Of a DNA stretch of 64,000 nt, positions 61,093 through 64,000 are shown in pieces. Under the pieces are notes generated by a model, which was not told the DNA's origin, searched no databases, and saw only the letters and a list, made by a program, of their open reading frames with translations. The translations under genes were made by a program, and so were the position numbers. Positions within the stretch are counted from its first letter, which is position 1, and each line of letters starts with the position of its first letter. Source of the stretch: a bacterium (GTDB taxonomy: Bacteria > Zhuqueibacterota > Zhuqueibacteria > Residuimicrobiales > Krinioviventaceae); the NCBI GenBank assembly GCA_963674595.2, contig CAXXFV010000009.1:128001-192000 (forward strand). Direction: 5' to 3'.

Positions 61093-63051
61093 TTATTTCA
61101 GTTTATTAGCAAGTTTTTCTATGGCAGAAACAATGATAATTTCAGCCTGGGCATAAGGCTGTTTTGCTTTTTCAATCCTGCTTTGCCATTCCTTGATGAT
61201 CGATGGTTTTTCTGCCGGTTTTTGTTGTTTCACATATTCCAGGATGTGCAGACCTGTTTTAGCAATTTCAGACAGGTTTTTCGACAGGGGCTCAATTTCT
61301 TTTAAAATTGGAGAAACCGCGATGATGGGGGATAGCTTGGTGTGGTTCTCCGCCCATTGGATAAGCAAGTCTTCAATGTCCCCGGTTTGCTGGTTTGGCA
61401 TTGACAAATAATCATCCACCATTTTTTTGAATTTTCGGGCCGTTGTTGAATCGGGTTCTGTCGCATAAACGGTTCTCGTCATGGGGGATTGTTGTGTGAG
61501 ATGGTCCGGGCGATATTCTAGATAGTCTTTAACCGGTTCCAAAACATCAACCAATACTTTCAGCAGGGTAATGTCCCTGTTGTTTACAAGCCGTTTGAGC
61601 ATCATGAACTGATTTTTTTTGTGCAAGAGTCCCAATTCTTCAAGCTGAAAACTCATTTTTTCCAGGCGCCGGTACATATCATCCACGTCGCGAATCGTTG
61701 CCTGTGACCATAACCTCTCTGCAATGGCCGCATTTCTTGGCCAGATTCTGGAATCTATGATCTCCGCCGTAACGACTTCACCCCACATAGCCGCTTCGCC
61801 ACCCAAAATATATTTTTGCTCCTCAGGTGTTAATGACGAGTCAGCGGGGACCGGATCATTCAAATAGTGAAATTCCGTAGAGTGGTTCAAATCCAGATAA
61901 TAGCCGTTAGATAAAATCGTATAATAACCTTTTTGTGCCGATTCTGTTAAAAAGTCGTGACCTCTCCAGGATTGGATAACAACACTTTTCGGCAGTCCGG
62001 GTTGCAATATTTCGTCCCATCCCATTAATTTTTTGTTGTATGACGAGGTGATTTCCAATATTCTTTTATTAAAATAATTTTGCAGTTCCAGGATACTTGT
62101 CATTCCGTTTTTGCTCATAAAATCTGTTATTTCATCATTGCTGTTCCAGTGAACGCCGTTGTTTTCATCACCACCGATGTGCATATATTCATCCTGAAAA
62201 AGGCCGGCCATTTCCTCAAAAAATCGTGAAAAGAATTGATAGGTTTTTTCCGTAACCGGATTAAAAACCGGATTTTTAATTCCCCATGTTCTTTCAATCT
62301 GATAAGGACCGGGCGCCGAGGCCAATTCCGGCAAAGCGACCAGCCAGCTTGTGGCATGTCCGGGAATGTCAAATTCAGGAACAACGCGAATCCCTCGGTT
62401 ATCAGCATATTTTATAATTTCTTTGATCTGTTCCTGGGTGTAATAATATCCGTCGGAGCCCAATTCATGGAGTTTTGGAAAGGTTTTACATTCAATGCGA
62501 AAACCCTGATCGTCTGTTAAGTGCAGGTGCATAATATTCATTTTAACGGCCGCCATGCCGTCGAGATTGCGTTTGATGACATCGACCGGCATAAAATGCC
62601 GGCAGACATCGATCATCAGGCCCCTCCAGGGAAAACGCGGCTCGTCTTTAACACAAATGGCAGGGAAAAAATATCCCGTATCGTCGGAAGAAAATAATTG
62701 TAACAGCGTTTCCATACCTCTTAAAACACCAATGTCTGTTTGGGCCTTTAAAAGAATGTTTTTAGTGGAAATGTTTAGGTGATATGATTCGTCTTCGAAA
62801 AGCCGTAGGCAGCCGATTCTATCATATTCGAGTATCAATCCGGGTAAAGTCACATCGTTTTCGAACGACAAATAATTTTGTTTAAAGGTCATCCCGGTCC
62901 GACCTGAAAGCCTCTCCATTAAGCGCGCTGCATTTGAAAGAATACGATCAGAAGTTTCTCCTCTGATCTGTATTGAAAAATTTTCATCTATTTTATATGT
63001 GCCGTCTGATAATTTAATTTGTGCAGGAACCGGCATCAGGTTCAATTTCAT
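61093..63051 (-). CDS. Beta-N-acetylhexosaminidase (GH20)
   Basis: DEPRFPWRGLMIDVCRHF, HLTDDQG, PEFDIPGH, HIGGDE, GGEAAMW. Confidence 0.96.
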   Translation of the reverse strand: MKLNLMPVPAQIKLSDGTYKIDENFSIQIRGETSDRILSNAARLMERLSGRTGMTFKQNYLSFENDVTLPGLILEYDRIGCLRLFEDESYHLNISTKNILLKAQTDIGVLRGMETLLQLFSSDDTGYFFPAICVKDEPRFPWRGLMIDVCRHFMPVDVIKRNLDGMAAVKMNIMHLHLTDDQGFRIECKTFPKLHELGSDGYYYTQEQIKEIIKYADNRGIRVVPEFDIPGHATSWLVALPELASAPGPYQIERTWGIKNPVFNPVTEKTYQFFSRFFEEMAGLFQDEYMHIGGDENNGVHWNSNDEITDFMSKNGMTSILELQNYFNKRILEITSSYNKKLMGWDEILQPGLPKSVVIQSWRGHDFLTESAQKGYYTILSNGYYLDLNHSTEFHYLNDPVPADSSLTPEEQKYILGGEAAMWGEVVTAEIIDSRIWPRNAAIAERLWSQATIRDVDDMYRRLEKMSFQLEELGLLHKKNQFMMLKRLVNNRDITLLKVLVDVLEPVKDYLEYRPDHLTQQSPMTRTVYATEPDSTTARKFKKMVDDYLSMPNQQTGDIEDLLIQWAENHTKLSPIIAVSPILKEIEPLSKNLSEIAKTGLHILEYVKQQKPAEKPSIIKEWQSRIEKAKQPYAQAEIIIVSAIEKLANKLK

Positions 63052-63084
63052 AAAAGTCCTTTTTTGTGTGAGCGTAAAAAAGTA

Positions 63085-64000
63085 TCAGGCTTTTGCAAAC
63101 AGGTTGTTTTCAAAATAAAACAATCTTCCGGTTTCGTTGCCGGAAATAATTTCCAGCTTTCCGTCGCCGTTCACGTCTGCGGCGGTCGGTGAACAACTAT
63201 GTGTACCGAGGTTGACCATTGAACCATCCGTATAGCAAAGCGGTTTTAACATAAAGACCGGGTTCTTTACATCACCAATATTTTTTAAAATCAGAAAGGT
63301 CGATTTGCCTTTGGGAATACCTTCGTTTGCATGGTGGGGGAGAGGCGTGGAACTGCTGGTGCCAACCAAAATATCTGTTGTGCCGTTTTCCGTCCAGTCA
63401 CAAGCATCAAGTTTTACCCGGCCCTGCCCGCCGCTGATTGTGTCGAGACGAATCCATCTGCCCAAATTATCAACAAGACGAATGCCCGGTACAAGTTCCG
63501 TATCATTCCTGCCGGGAGCTTTGGGAAACCGTGTAATCATACCCTGCCTGTCCAGAAAAATCAGTTCCGGTACCCCGTCTCCATCCAGGTCTGCTACGGC
63601 AGGCCGAACTCTCCATTCTCCCCTGAAAGGTTTGCCATCGACGGTAAATGTTTCCGGTGCGGCAAAACGGGGTTGTACTTTGGAACCAATGTTGCGCAAC
63701 AATAAAAAATAGCCTGTTATATTACCGAGGATCAAATCCAGCAGTCCGTTTCCTGTCCAGTCATAAAGAACGGGACAGGTGTAACCGTGAATGCGTTCAT
63801 CCGGTCCCTGCATATTTCCCGTCTCTCCTGATAGGAATCTAAACGTTTCACCTTCAACATGCAGCAATTCAGGATTGCCCCATTTTGGAATTGTTTTTGT
63901 TCCTTTATTTTCAATCATATAAAGGTATCCGTCTTCCACGCCTGTTATCATATCCGGAATGCCGTCGCCGTTCCAGTCGCCGATTTCCGGAACAAGAAAC
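63085..64000 (-). CDS. FG-GAP/VCBS repeat protein (5' end outside the window)
   Basis: Repeated D(W/L/V)xGxGxx(D/E)(L/I) motifs. Confidence 0.85.
   Translation of the reverse strand, partial: FLVPEIGDWNGDGIPDMITGVEDGYLYMIENKGTKTIPKWGNPELLHVEGETFRFLSGETGNMQGPDERIHGYTCPVLYDWTGNGLLDLILGNITGYFLLLRNIGSKVQPRFAAPETFTVDGKPFRGEWRVRPAVADLDGDGVPELIFLDRQGMITRFPKAPGRNDTELVPGIRLVDNLGRWIRLDTISGGQGRVKLDACDWTENGTTDILVGTSSSTPLPHHANEGIPKGKSTFLILKNIGDVKNPVFMLKPLCYTDGSMVNLGTHSCSPTAADVNGDGKLEIISGNETGRLFYFENNLFAKA

Noticed and set aside
3674-63914. Many short antisense or overlapping ORFs in the six-frame track
   Set aside because: They lie opposite or inside well-supported genes and show no motifs or RBS.

Overview
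AT-rich bacterial window (gene content suggests an FCB-superphylum-like organism; this is inference only). Positions 1 to ~52,536 are the right part of a large, decaying integrated element ending at a duplicated 3' half of tRNA-Pro(GGG), an att site at 52486-52536; its integrase is not in the window. Inside the element, left to right: (i) a defence-like cluster with an SNF2/RapA-type helicase plus an actin/Hsp70-fold ATPase, a DUF4268 nuclease-like protein, an NDT-like/Cache-like fusion and a DUF4011 SF1 helicase-nuclease; (ii) a prophage remnant (GpA-type terminase, small HTH protein, truncated portal) interleaved with histidine kinases, a lipase and several integron attC sites without an integrase; (iii) a CRISPR-like repeat pair that cuts the portal ORF exactly at a repeat boundary; (iv) a ~30 kb general-stress/signalling cargo with three LuxR regulators, Hsp20, KhpA, SPFH, a CPA2 antiporter, Balon/baeRF3-like proteins, a glycosyltransferase/glycosidase operon, three lmo0937-like peptides, OmpA proteins, a 1.36 kb near-identical duplication, an IS21-derived miniature element and many pseudogenes. 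After the att site come ordinary chromosomal genes. All product calls come from motif recognition, not database searches.
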